Source: Escherichia coli (lineage in GTDB: Bacteria > Pseudomonadota > Gammaproteobacteria > Enterobacterales > Enterobacteriaceae). Taken from it: a stretch of 64,000 nucleotides of DNA. Below the pieces are notes generated by a model. The model was not told the DNA's origin. It worked only from the letters and a program-made list of their open reading frames with translations, and did not search any database. This document shows positions 34,942 through 46,700 of this stretch, piece by piece (the first letter of the stretch is position 1; the number at the start of each line of letters is the position of its first letter). The position numbers and the translations under genes are program-made. The stretch lies in assembly GCF_011045215.1 (NCBI RefSeq), contig NZ_CP049201.1; one strand, written 5' to 3'.

Positions 34942-35715
34942 TTAAGTGGTTAAAGCTCTAATGCTAAAAGAATGCAATATTGGTAGAGAGTTTTTTGAGC
35001 ACCATGACAGATTTTCTTTACTCAGTATTTCATCAATAACAGACTTAGCAAATGGAATGGTGAGCAAGAATGAAGCTTTTTTATCTTTATTTGGAACTAT
35101 GCGGTTACCACCATTTACCCAATGTGCTTCAAGTCTGACATTTAGATCTTGCCATTTTACACCTTTTCGAACACGTTCTTTTTTTAATGAATAGAAAAAA
35201 GTTGATTTACCATTTGGTGTCGGGTGGTTATCCATTAACATTAGCATAAGAGGGATTCCCCAGTCAGGCATATAGCTATAATGCCAGATCCCAAAACTAT
35301 CCGCGATCCTGACCATCCGAATGAATGATTTTTGATCAAGCTTCCCTTCACCTCCCCTTAATGCTCTACAAACAACCCAGGCCCGATAGAGGTTATCAAA
35401 TTGCATGAATTGATTTCGGCGAGATACTGCAATTTCTGCTGAAGCAGAGCGTTCATTACCTGAAAAACCAGAAAAACGTTGAGATCTTGCGCTTAGGGGA
35501 CAGAACTCTTTATTTTCTGGTGAAGCGGAATGAGAGAATCTGGGGCTATAATCAGGATTGGGAGTGACTAATCCGCTATCATGGACAGGTTTCTCGCATG
35601 AGATACAACGTAATGGTGGGTAGTCATCTCGTGATATACCCTTAACTTTTTGTGCATATGCATCAATACTGATTTCAATCCAATAACCTTTTTCCAGAAC
35701 TTCAGCTTTATTCAT
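34942..35715 (-). CDS. Hypothetical 257-aa protein
   Basis: Uninterrupted ORF with AT-rich upstream region; no recognised domain. Confidence 0.45.
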   Translation of the reverse strand: MNKAEVLEKGYWIEISIDAYAQKVKGISRDDYPPLRCISCEKPVHDSGLVTPNPDYSPRFSHSASPENKEFCPLSARSQRFSGFSGNERSASAEIAVSRRNQFMQFDNLYRAWVVCRALRGGEGKLDQKSFIRMVRIADSFGIWHYSYMPDWGIPLMLMLMDNHPTPNGKSTFFYSLKKERVRKGVKWQDLNVRLEAHWVNGGNRIVPNKDKKASFLLTIPFAKSVIDEILSKENLSWCSKNSLPILHSFSIRALTT

Positions 35716-36022
35716 AATGTGTTGCCTCTGATATTGTTCATGTGATTATTGATAATAATAGATTACAGATAAAAAAGAAGAAATATGTATTTAAATCTTG
35801 TATTACAATGTATATATACAATTCAATCAAAAATTAGTGTTTTTAATCTCATGGCATAATCAGAAAACAGCAGAACGGGGTATTTGTTTTAATGGCGCCT
35901 CGATAAAAATTGAGATAACAGTTGCAGTTTAAAACACCTCTATTTCGTGGTTCTGAATATAGAGGCTTTACGATTTATTAAAATATTACTAAAATATGTT
36001 CATATTCCGATGCACAGACCTT

Positions 36023-36418
36023 TCACTTCTGCTTTTTCTCATTTTTGTCAGTTGTAGACTCAGTTTTTTTACGTTTTAACTTTAATATCATCTTTCCATT
36101 GCTAAATTCAATTTCTTCGTAATCGCGGAAAACAGTAATAACCAGAGCAATACCAATGGATGCTGCAGCAATAATAACAGCGATATCAAGTCCGGATAAT
36201 GCAGCTAAAGAACTAACAGCTAAAACAGAACCTCCACCAGTGAGTGGAATAGTAGCACAAGTTGCGATCATGGCAGCAATAACAACACCACTTACTTTTG
36301 TTACAGCCTTTGCTTTTTTAATTTTATTTGCTAACTCTCCTTCAATAATTATAATTTCAGCTCTGCTGTTTTGAGCTTTTTCGAGTTCATCCTTCGATCT
36401 TACAGTAAATTCAGCCAT
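36023..36418 (-). CDS. Hypothetical small membrane protein (131 aa)
   Basis: Central long hydrophobic segment with charged N- and Lys-rich C-termini; hairpin cctctat...atagagg downstream. Confidence 0.45.
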   Translation of the reverse strand: MAEFTVRSKDELEKAQNSRAEIIIIEGELANKIKKAKAVTKVSGVVIAAMIATCATIPLTGGGSVLAVSSLAALSGLDIAVIIAAASIGIALVITVFRDYEEIEFSNGKMILKLKRKKTESTTDKNEKKQK

Positions 36419-36677
36419 AATTATCCTGGTCTTGTAACATTTATGCCATCTTAAGTACTTTTATTTAGAGCGTTAACACGCTCCGCAGTCTATTAAACGC
36501 AACCGCAATAAAAATTAATGTATTTTACCAATCGTAGTCAACTAAAAGTTTCTTAATACCCTGAACGCTACATCCCATACTTCTACTACGATTTGAGCAA
36601 CATTTTGGTATTGACACTGCAGTTTTCCCAATGAAATATGGGCTTATTCAGCTTTTATTGTTTCCTGAATCTATATT

Positions 36678-37301
36678 ATGCGTACACGAATTGATTATCT
36701 GGTGAATAAATACTGTTTTACAGAACTGAATGAATCTCCACGTCTTCGTCGGCAGTGGCAGGATGTTCTGGATGAGTGCCGGCAGACAGGGGCCGGGCCA
36801 GAAGAACGGCTGCGTATTGCACTGCTGAATGTGGATTACGTCACCAGTTTTGAGCTGCCTTTTCGCTTGCTGCTTACCCGGACACCACAACTGATTGCCG
36901 CGCTGCGTGAAGAATGGGGCATCAGCCAGAAAAATGTGGTGTTCAACGATAAACGGTTTGGCTGCGTGTACAGCCTGAAGGCCAGCCTTTCGGGTGTGCC
37001 GGATACATTCCGGTATCATCTGTCTCACCGTATTCGTCGCGTGGTTGGGAATGAAAACACATCATTGCCATATCAGCAGGTTGCCCGGGAAGTGAAAGCG
37101 TCCCGTGAACGGCTGAAGTATGCGCTGGAAGCAGGTTTACTGGTGACCGCACTGGACGGGCTGTTCTGGTCTGGCAGTCAGCGTATTGCGGCTGATGTCC
37201 TGAGATTAAGACAGAGCGGAATGCCGGTAGTGACAACGAATGTGGAGGTGCACGATAACCTGACGGGAACAACCCGCAAAGTGCCGGCATACCATCTCTG
37301 A
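36678..37301 (+). CDS. Hypothetical 207-aa protein
   Basis: ORF with balanced composition; no recognised motif. Confidence 0.4.
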   Translation: MRTRIDYLVNKYCFTELNESPRLRRQWQDVLDECRQTGAGPEERLRIALLNVDYVTSFELPFRLLLTRTPQLIAALREEWGISQKNVVFNDKRFGCVYSLKASLSGVPDTFRYHLSHRIRRVVGNENTSLPYQQVAREVKASRERLKYALEAGLLVTALDGLFWSGSQRIAADVLRLRQSGMPVVTTNVEVHDNLTGTTRKVPAYHL

Positions 37302-37387
37302 TACGACCATCAGGGGGGGCTCTGGCAGCAGTATGACATTCTTTATACTTTTACCCGTGCCTGAAAACATGTGCTAAGGAAACGGGA

Positions 37388-37621
37388 ATGGCAAGGTCCG
37401 ATTACGATATTATCAATCTGTCTCTGGAACATGAACTGAATGAGTGGCTGGCAGAGAGAGGTTATGCCGGACTGGCGGATAACCGGAATCGCCTGGCAGA
37501 AGTTGTTACCCGCAGATTGCAGGACAGCTTTTATATAAACGTTTCCTGGGATGCGCTGAACACGGCATACAGTGAACACCCGGAGTGGTTTTCTGGGCTT
37601 GTCTTCGGGGATGAGAATTAA
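37388..37621 (+). CDS. Hypothetical 77-aa protein
   Basis: Short ORF directly downstream of the 207-aa gene; weak support. Confidence 0.3.
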   Translation: MARSDYDIINLSLEHELNEWLAERGYAGLADNRNRLAEVVTRRLQDSFYINVSWDALNTAYSEHPEWFSGLVFGDEN

Positions 37622-37673
37622 AAAGTGGATTATGCTGCCATCAGGCAGTGTGATTGCCGGCAGGAATTTCGTT

Positions 37674-37865
37674 TTATTCTGTTTCTTCCCGGGGTTCGGG
37701 TTTGAATTTTCCTGGAAAGTTGTACATTGGCCGCATACAGGGATGTGGATAGCCGTCCCGCATAAATACCACCCGGGTTTCCTCAACACTGGTTACGGTG
37801 ACAAGCGCACCATGATCGTCTCTGTATCGCTGACCGACTTTGGGTAACGGGATATCTTCAGACAT
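37674..37865 (-). CDS. Small DUF4222-like protein (63 aa)
   Basis: Short ORF; family assignment by recalled similarity only. Confidence 0.3.
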   Translation of the reverse strand: MSEDIPLPKVGQRYRDDHGALVTVTSVEETRVVFMRDGYPHPCMRPMYNFPGKFKPEPREETE

Positions 37866-38231
37866 AACTTCCGGAACAATGTTGTTTTACACGATATTGT
37901 TGTTATTACCCGGTACGTTGCGGATGCTTTTTCGGGGTATGTTAATTTATTGTTTTGTTGATTTTTTTTTGCTTTTTGTGCATTCCTGTCACTCTGATTT
38001 CTGCCTTTTACCTCACCTCCCTTTCTTCTGACTTTCGCTGAGAACCGCTCAGATTCTGTACTGCATAAACTTCAATGATTTTAATCAAAAATCACTTTTT
38101 TCAGTGTTGACTGGCTGTATTTGAAGCATCTTACGGAATAATTTTCTGTCGTTTTTTGTTCTCCGTGGTTATAAGTTTTGCAATATGCTGCTTTTGCGAT
38201 ATTAGTTGGAATAAATAACTACGTGATAACT

Positions 38232-38291
38232 ACATATCGATCGATATGTCTGCAATATTGAGAATTTTCAGATCTTCATTCTATAATGATC
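38232..38291. promoter_or_regulatory. GATC-containing palindrome and candidate promoter upstream of cdiB
   Basis: Perfect 18-bp palindrome ACATATCGATCGATATGT (38232-38249); GATC at 38239, 38271, 38288; TATAAT at 38283-38288 with TTGAGA 19 bp upstream. Confidence 0.35.
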
Positions 38292-38456
38292 AAAATTAAA
38301 CCAATTCAGAGTTGACAAATTTATTACTCAACATTCTGGTACCGGTTGATGCGGGTAAATACCGGAAGGGCGGTAGCGTACCATCGCAAAACATGGTGGG
38401 AGGTATCGTCAGGAGGCTGGTGATTGTTGGTATGACATGAATAAAAGGTTTTTCGT

Positions 38457-40196
38457 TTGACTGGAAAATTATGTTGCAGGAACGAGAGGGCTGAGGAACA
38501 AAGCGTATTCCGGCGCTGTCCGTCCTTGCTGTCACTGACACTGATGTCTGTTTTATTATCGCCTTTATCTCTTCAGGCCGCGGATGTCCGGCGTAGCGGA
38601 GATAATGCATTTATCATTCAGCAGCAGCGTCAGGAAGCCCTTGAGCAACAACTGACGCCTTCAGCCCCTGATGTTCGCCTTTCTGCACCTGGCTCTTTTG
38701 CCCGTAAGATTAATTTTCCTGTTGAAACGCCCTGTTTTCAGATTAAACAGACGGAACTGGAGGGGGCTGATGCGTTACCACACTGGCTGCCTTTACAAAA
38801 AATCGCCAACGGGGCGGTCGGGCATTGCCTGGGGGCGAAAGGAATTAATCTGCTGATGAGTACATTGCAGAACCGTCTGGTCGATCATGGTTATGTCACC
38901 ACCCGTGTTCTGGCACCTTCGCAGGATTTAAAAAGCGGTATCCTCCGGCTGGTTGTTATTCCCGGTGTTGTGCGACATGTGCGTCTGACACCGGACAGTG
39001 ATGACTATATTCAGTTGTATTCCTCATTCCCGGCACACGAAGGTTCTCTGCTGGATTTACGGGACATTGAGCAGGGGCTGGAGAATATGCAACGACTGCC
39101 GGGTGTGCAGGCTGATATGGAAATTGTACCCGGTGAGCAGCCAGGGGAAAGTGACATTCTTATTACCCGCAAACAGGACAAATACTGGCGACTGGGGTTT
39201 TCGCTTGATGATTCAGGTACCCGCAGCACAGGGCGTTATCTCGGTGGTATAACATTTTCTCTGGATAATCCTTTTTCCCTGAGTGACCTGCTGTATGTTT
39301 CTGCCACCCGTAATTTTCCACATTACGGGGGTAAGGGCAGTAAAAACTACACGGCCCATTACTCTGTGCCTTTCGGCTACTGGCAGTTTTCCGTCACCGC
39401 CAGTGATTACGATTACCATCAGACGGTAGCTGGTGCGGTTGAGGATTACCAGTACAGTGGCGAGAGTCAGAATCTGGGTATGCAGCTGAGCCGGGTACTG
39501 CACCGTAACGGGACGCAGAAAACGGTGCTGACCTACGATGTTCAGGCCCGCAGGTCGCGTAACTACATTAATGATACGGAAATCCAGGTGCAGCGCCGGC
39601 AGACAGCGGCCTGGCGACTTGGGCTGCAGCACCGTCATTATATTTCTCAGGCCACACTGGATGCTGGTGTCAGCTGGCAACGGGGAACCCGCTGGTTTGG
39701 TGCACAGCCGGCGCCGGAAGAAACGTTCGGTGAGGCAACGGCGCTCAGTAAGATCCTGCAGTTGAATGCATCCTTTAATCTGCCCTTTACCCTTGCAGGG
39801 CAGCCCTTCAGTTATTCCTTCCGGTATCAGCGCCAGCTGAGCAATACCCCGCTGACCCCACAGGAACAGTTTGCCATCGGTAACCGCTGGACGGTTCGTG
39901 GTTTTGACGGGGAGCGAACGCTGAATGCCAGTAACGGCTGGTATATCCGCAACGACCTGGCCTGGCGTACGCCACTGCCGGAGCAGGAGTTATATCTGGG
40001 AATGGATTACGGCGAGGTGGGGGGAGCCGGCAGTGAATACCTGGTGGGACGTCATCTGGCTGGTGGTGTTGTGGGGCTGAGGGGGCAACTGTTCAGTACG
40101 GATTATGACGTTTTCATCGGTCGTCCGTTTTCAAAGCCGGCGGGTTTTATGACGAGTGATGTGACAGCCGGTTTTAATCTGTTCCGGGATTTCTGA
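38457..40196 (+). CDS. cdiB: Two-partner secretion outer-membrane transporter CdiB (TpsB family); start uncertain (TTG at 38457)
   Basis: Signal peptide ending [13 protein letters not shown]-like N-region, C-terminal beta-barrel ending in aromatic residue; directly upstream of cdiC-cdiA. Confidence 0.85.
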   Translation: MTGKLCCRNERAEEQSVFRRCPSLLSLTLMSVLLSPLSLQAADVRRSGDNAFIIQQQRQEALEQQLTPSAPDVRLSAPGSFARKINFPVETPCFQIKQTELEGADALPHWLPLQKIANGAVGHCLGAKGINLLMSTLQNRLVDHGYVTTRVLAPSQDLKSGILRLVVIPGVVRHVRLTPDSDDYIQLYSSFPAHEGSLLDLRDIEQGLENMQRLPGVQADMEIVPGEQPGESDILITRKQDKYWRLGFSLDDSGTRSTGRYLGGITFSLDNPFSLSDLLYVSATRNFPHYGGKGSKNYTAHYSVPFGYWQFSVTASDYDYHQTVAGAVEDYQYSGESQNLGMQLSRVLHRNGTQKTVLTYDVQARRSRNYINDTEIQVQRRQTAAWRLGLQHRHYISQATLDAGVSWQRGTRWFGAQPAPEETFGEATALSKILQLNASFNLPFTLAGQPFSYSFRYQRQLSNTPLTPQEQFAIGNRWTVRGFDGERTLNASNGWYIRNDLAWRTPLPEQELYLGMDYGEVGGAGSEYLVGRHLAGGVVGLRGQLFSTDYDVFIGRPFSKPAGFMTSDVTAGFNLFRDF

Positions 40197-40205
40197 GAAA
40201 GTTTC

Positions 40206-40733
40206 ATGCGTAACGGGAAATATGACGTTCTGAGTCCCCTGTATTCCGGTGAGCCGGTCAATGAGGCGGAAGTCCTGGGGGCGGCCGTCTGGTTGTGGAT
40301 GCACTCCCCCCTGCATCGTGATGCGCCACTGCATACCCTGCCGGACCTGCTGCTGCCGGTGATTAAGCACCGACAGTATGTGGTGGCAACAGAGCAGGGG
40401 CGACCGGTTTTCTTCATGAGCCAGGCCTGGCTCAGCCCGGAGGCAGAGGCGCGTTATCTTACGCAGCCGGCAATTCTCATGCCTCAGTCGGACTGGAACA
40501 GCGGCGACCGGATGTGGGTCTGTGACTGGATTGCCCCTTTTGGACATACCCCGGATATGAGTCGTCTTGTCCGGCAGGATATTTTTCCCCGTCTGTGCTG
40601 GCGTTCGCTGTACCACCGTGGGCAGCAGACCGGGTTGCGGGTGATGAATTTCCGGGGTGCACAGGTCAGTCGTGAAGAGGCGCGCCAGTGGCGTGTGCAG
40701 CACCCGCTTGCTGTGGATGTGCCGGAGAGATAA
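40206..40733 (+). CDS. cdiC: HlyC/RTX-family toxin-activating lysine acyltransferase (CdiC-like)
   Basis: Motifs WLWMHSPLHRD and GDRMWVCDWIAPFG closely parallel HlyC (WLWASSPLHRN, GDRKWFIDWIAPFG); 175 aa. Confidence 0.8.
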   Translation: MRNGKYDVLSPLYSGEPVNEAEVLGAAVWLWMHSPLHRDAPLHTLPDLLLPVIKHRQYVVATEQGRPVFFMSQAWLSPEAEARYLTQPAILMPQSDWNSGDRMWVCDWIAPFGHTPDMSRLVRQDIFPRLCWRSLYHRGQQTGLRVMNFRGAQVSREEARQWRVQHPLAVDVPER

Positions 40734-40748
40734 GTCAGGTTTATCAGA

Positions 40749-43700
40749 ATGAACAAAAATTGTTACCGCATTATTTTTAACAAAGCCCGGGGAATGCTGA
40801 TGGTGGTGGCAGATATTGCCCGTTCCGGTCGCGCCGGTGCATCACCCTCCTCCCGTACAGGATATCCACGCAGGCAACGTATCTGCCGTGTCACATCGCT
40901 TGCATTCTCCCTGTGGCTGGCCTCGGGGATGGTGCATTCTGTCAGTGCTGCAGGCATTGTCGCAGACCATGGCGCACCGGGGCATCAGCAGCCCACGATT
41001 ACGCAGACAGCCAGCGGCATTCCTCAGGTCAATATCCAGACACCTTCTGCAGGTGGGGTATCGCACAATACTTACAGTCAGTTTGATGTCAGTCATCAGG
41101 GTGTCATTCTGAATAACTCGCATAAAAATGTGCAGACCCAACTGGGCGGCATGGTTGCCGGTAACCCGTGGCTGGCGAAGGGAGAGGCCCGAATCATTCT
41201 TAATGAAGTGAACAGTCGCAATCCCAGCCAGTTGAACGGTTTTGTTGAGGTTGCCGGGAAAAAGGCGCAGGTGGTGATTGCGAACCCGGCCGGCATCAGT
41301 TGCGACGGGTGCGGTTTTATTAATGCGAACCGGGCCACGCTGACCACGGGGCAGCCTCAGATGAAAAACGGCAGTCTGACCGGATTCAGTGTTGAACGTG
41401 GTGAGATTCAGATTACGGGCAAAGGGATGGATGCCTCGCGCACGGATTATACCGATATCATTGCCCGGTCTGTGAAGATTAATGCGGGTATCTGGGCGCA
41501 GGACCTGAAAGTGACCACCGGACGTAACAATGTGGATATTGCACACGGGCAGACTGAGAAAAAAGCCGCTGATGCCTCTTCGCAGCCACAGGTGGCGCTG
41601 GATGTGTCCAGCCTTGGTGGAATGTATGCCGGAAAAATTCGCCTTGTCGGTACGGAAACGGGGGTGGGTGTTCGTAACGCCGGTCATATTGGTGCGCAGG
41701 CAGGGGCGGTTACCCTGACGGCTGACGGACGAATTGAAAACAGTGGCAGTATCAGTGCGAAAACGGATGTGCATCTGGTGACAACCCGGGAGCTGCATAA
41801 CAGTGGTTCTGTTTATGCGGGGCAGGATACGCAGATACAGAGTGATGGTGTATTCACCCATACAGGCTCTGTGGCATCACGTCGCAACACCCGGATTCAG
41901 ACAGCGCGTCTGACCGGCGGTGAGCGGAGTCTGCTGGCCGCCGGGGTGAAAGATGACGGACGTCTGGCGGCAGCGGGCAACCTGACTGTCAGTACCACCG
42001 GCGAACTGGCGGCACACGGACAGGTTCTGTCCGGTGGGGACATGCAACTGAAGGGGCAGGGGCTGGATTTAAGCAACAGCCGGATACAGGGACAACATAC
42101 TGAGCTGGATGCAGGCAGCGGAAATCTGTTCACGCAAAATGCGCAACTGAGTGCCGGTACGCTTTCCGCCCGGACTGCCGGGCAGTTCAGCAATAATGAC
42201 GGCACGATAAATGCCGACACACTGCAGATATCAGCACAGAGCCTGTCAAACCACAGGGGTAAACTGATTCAGACGGGAACAGGGGATTTTTCACTGAACC
42301 TGCCGGGAGGTGTGGATAACCGGGAAGGGCTGCTTGCGGCAAATGGCGCGGTGCGCCTGGATGCACTGAGCCTTGATAATCGCAGGGGGAAAGTGCAGGC
42401 GGCGCAGTCAGGTAGTCTGCAGGTGAGGACAACCGGCGCCGTGGATAACCAGCAGGGAAGTCTGATTGCCAGCCGTGACATCCTGATTAATACACAGGCA
42501 CTGAATAACGACAACGGACTGATTTCAGCTGCTGCCGGAACGGGCAGGATAAAAACACAGCAGGCTGTCAGCAATACTGAGGGACGAATGGAGTCCGCCG
42601 GCAGGCTGGATATTTCGGCAGGGAGTCTGAATAACCACCAGGGTACGGTGGTGTCTGACGGGCTGTCCGTGACGCTGGATGGTGCGCTGGATAATACGTC
42701 CGGCAGACTGCTTTCACAGAAAACGCTGTCTGTGTCAGGCAGCGAACTGGTCTCTGATGATGGTCTGATTCAGTCCGGCAGTGACATGACGCTGGATGTA
42801 CAGGACGGGGTTCTCAGTAACCGGAACACGAAAACACGGGGTGGTATCAGCAGCGCCGGTACCCTGACAGTACGGGCCGGTATGCTGAATAACCAGCAGG
42901 GATTTATGGCGGGTCAGAAGGATATGACCCTGAACGCCGGAACGCTCGATAACCGTCAGGGCGTGCTGGGGAGTCAGGCGTCATTACAGATATCGTCAGG
43001 TACGCTGATGAACCAGAAAGGCGCACTGAAGGCCGGGACGGATATGTTGCTGAGTGGTGGCGATGTCAGTAATCAGGAAGGGACGCTTGCCGCCGGCGGG
43101 GACCTGAATGCGCACCTGAATGTGCTGGAAAATCAGCAGGGGACGGTGGTCAGCAACGGTAACAGCAGGCTGGATGTCACCCGCTCTGATAATCAGGGCG
43201 GCAGACTGGTGGCACAGCAGTCACTGACCCTTTCCTCGACGGATATCAGCAATGATGCAGGTGGTCTGATACAGAGCGGTGCCACACTGAATCTCCGTGC
43301 TGACACACTGAGCAACCGTAACAGTGGTGACCGGGGCGGGGTTATCAGTCAGGGCCCGATGACGCTGAATGCCGGCACACTGGACAGCACTGCCGGTGTG
43401 CTTTTGTCGGGAGATGCGCTGTCCCTGACTGCAGGCGTGGTTAACAATACATCCGGTCAGGTGGTGGCGAATGGTCAGATTGTGGCGACCGGTCTGCCCG
43501 GCCGGAACAGTCTGGCGCTGAACAATCAGTCCGGTCTTATTCAGGGGAAAGGCATCAGCATTAATAGCGCAGGCCGGACGCTGGATAACAGAGGGGGTAC
43601 GCTGAACAGCCTGCAGGAACTGACTGTCAGTACCGGAGCAATGGATAACCGGGGCGGGACCGTGGGGGCGAAAACGACAGCTGACCTGAGCACCACCTCG

Positions 43701-46700
43701 CTGGATAACCGTGAGGGTGGCCGGCTGGTCAGTGAAGGTGAACTCCGTCTGCATACGGGAGGCCTGCAGAACAGCCACGGACAGATACAGTCTGTGGGCG
43801 ACATTCTGTTCGACAGTGTACGGGGCGTTGTGGACAACGTCTCTGGTCTGATTCGCAGTGGTTCTGCCATTACGCTGAACGCCCTGCAGTTTATCAATCG
43901 CCACACGCAGAATACCGGCCAGGGGCTGGAAGCGCAGACAATACACATCACGACGCAGGACCTTGATAACCAGGAGGGCAGTATTCTGGCAGACAGGGCG
44001 CTTACGGTTATGGCAGACAGGACGCTCAGTAATAATGATGGCGTGCTCTCTTCCGGCGCGACATTGTCTGTCAGTGGCCGTCAGCTGGCGTTTTCGAACC
44101 GTGACGGCGTGGTTAAGGCCGGGCAGTCAGTCTCTGTGGATGTCGGTCAGCTTGGTGGTGACGGGAAACTGCTTTCGCCGGGCGATATAACGCTGAAAAG
44201 TAACACAGCGTTCAGTAACAGTGGTCAGACCATTGCAAACGGAAACCTTACGCTTTCCGTTAATGGCGATGTCTCTAATACCGGCAGCCTGCTGGCAGGC
44301 AGCCGGCTTGACCTGAACAGCATCCGCCTTGAAAACACAGAGAAAGGTGAAATCAGTGCCGGGCAGACCTGGCTTAACGTGACGGACACACTGCTGAACC
44401 GTGGGCTGATTGACGGGAAATATACGCATCTTCAGGCGAACACCCTGACGAATTCCGGTACCGGGCGAATCTACGGCGATGCTGTTGGTGTCAGCGCTGC
44501 CACATTTAATAATCTGGATGAAAATGGCGTGGCGGCGACGCTGGCCGGACGTGAGCGTGTGGACCTGGGGGTACAGACCCTGAATAACCGGACGCACAGC
44601 CTGATTTACAGTGCAGGTGATATGCATATCGGTGGCATGCTGGATGCGAATGGCGCCGCCACGGGGAAAGCCGGTGTACTGAATAATCACAGTGCCACGA
44701 TTGAAGCCGCCGGTTCCCTGACACTGAGTGCCGGGCAAATCAATAACGTCAATGACCATTTCACCACGGAGCGCGTGGTGGTCTCCACGGAAAAGGTGAC
44801 TGAGTATCAGCATCGCGGGTCAGATGTCCGCTGGAATGCAAAAGATGAGGGGGTGTTCATTGATAACAACTCCTCTGATGGACTGCTGAACCTGAACACG
44901 CCGGATGATACCGGACATAACAACGACCGGTTCACAAAATATGAATACACCCGTACCGTGGAGGAAACCCGGGTAAAAGACTCCGACCCGGGGAAAATAC
45001 TGTCCGGTGCCGGCATGACGGTTGTGGCAGACAAACTGCTTAATGACAAGAGCCAGGTGGTTGCAGGTGGTCTGCTGGATATGCAGGCCGGTGATGTGGA
45101 AAACGTCAGTGTCAGCGGAGAGCGCCATGTTACTGATAAAGGGACATCCACATATTATTACCGGATAAAAAGAAAAAATAAAAATGACAGGCAGGGGGAA
45201 AGAATTTCCCCTTACGAGCCGCCCCCCGTCATTCAGACCATCACGCTGAAGCCGGGAGAGCTCACCAGCCACGGACAGGTTCAGGGCAGCCAGGTCACGC
45301 TTTCTCCCCTGAAGCCACAGGGAACGGATGTACAGACAGGACTGACCGGAAATGTGGATGCGACAGTAGCCGTTACTGACCGGATACCGCTTCGCCCGGT
45401 GGTGTCAGCCGGTGAACCGGTCATTCTGTTGCCGGGGCAGCAGTTTGAAGTCAGCGCACCTCAGGGCAGTATCCATGTTGCCGGGCCGGATACCCGTCTG
45501 CCGGACAGCAGCCTGTTTAAAACAAATCCGGCAGTGAATGTGCCATATCTGGTTGAAACGGACCCGCGTTTTACGAACCAGAAGACGTGGCTGGGCAGTG
45601 ATTACATGCAGAAGGCGTTTTCTCAGAACGGGGATAACATGCTCAAACGCCTGGGGGATGGTTTTTACGAACAGCGTCTGATTCGTGAGCAGGTTGTCGC
45701 TCTGACCGGGCAACGGTACCTGGACGGATACAGTAATGATGAAGAGCAGTTTAAGGCGTTAATGGATGCGGGTATTGCATTTGGTAAGCAATACAACCTG
45801 ACACCAGGTGTGGCGCTGACTGCTGAGCAGATGGCGTTACTGACCGGTGATATTGTCTGGCTGGTTAACACCACGGTGACACTGCCGGACGGCAGCACGC
45901 AGACGGTTCAGGTACCTCAGGTGTATGCCCGTGTAAAACCCGGTGATGTGAACAGTGCCGGTGCGCTGATTGCCGGCAGGGACATGGTGATGAAGCTGGA
46001 TGGTGACCTGTTTAACAGCGGTAAACTGGCCGGGAAGCAGGCCGTGCAGCTCAGTGCAGAAAACATTCACAACCAGGCCGGCACCATTCAGGGAGCAAAT
46101 GTCAGCCTGACGGCCCGGACGGATATTAACAGTACCGGCGGGCTGCTGCAGGCCACGGACAGCCTGCTGGCGATGGCCGGACGGGATATCAGTCTGACCA
46201 CCACCACCCGTACGGCACAGCGCGACGCCGGGCAGAACCATTTTGAACGTACCAGTATCGACAGTGTGGCCGGCGTGTATGTGCAGAACGACCAGGGAAG
46301 ACTGGTGCTGCAGGCCGGACGGGATATGAATCTGACGGCGGCAACGGTGGTGAATCAGGGTAAGGACAGCCTGACACAACTCAGTGCCGGCAGGGATATG
46401 ACGCTTTCCACGGTGACCACATCCGCGCAGGACAATATTACCTGGGATAAAAATAATCGTCTGTCGCAGGGCGTCACACAGAATACGGGCAGCACACTTG
46501 CCGGTAACGGTGATGTCACGCTGACCGCCGGACGGGATATGACGTCACAGGCGGCATCGCTGTCAGCTCAGAAAGGCCTGGCCCTGATGGCGGGTCATGA
46601 CGTGACGCTGACCGGTGCACAGAATACCCGCTCGCTGGATGAATACCATAAAGTGACCGGCAACAGCGGGATGTTATCGAAAACCACCACTACCACGCAT

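Noticed and set aside
38312-38317. TTGACA hexamer upstream of cdiB as a -35 element
   Set aside because: No acceptable -10 hexamer at 16-18 bp downstream; the TATAAT at 38283 lies upstream of it, so this is probably a chance match.
40842-41861. 339-aa minus-strand ORF inside cdiA (with similar ones at 43221-43946, 44127-44813, 47688-48806)
   Set aside because: Lies antisense within the GC-rich, repetitive cdiA coding sequence; long spurious ORFs are expected there and none has its own start context or intergenic space.
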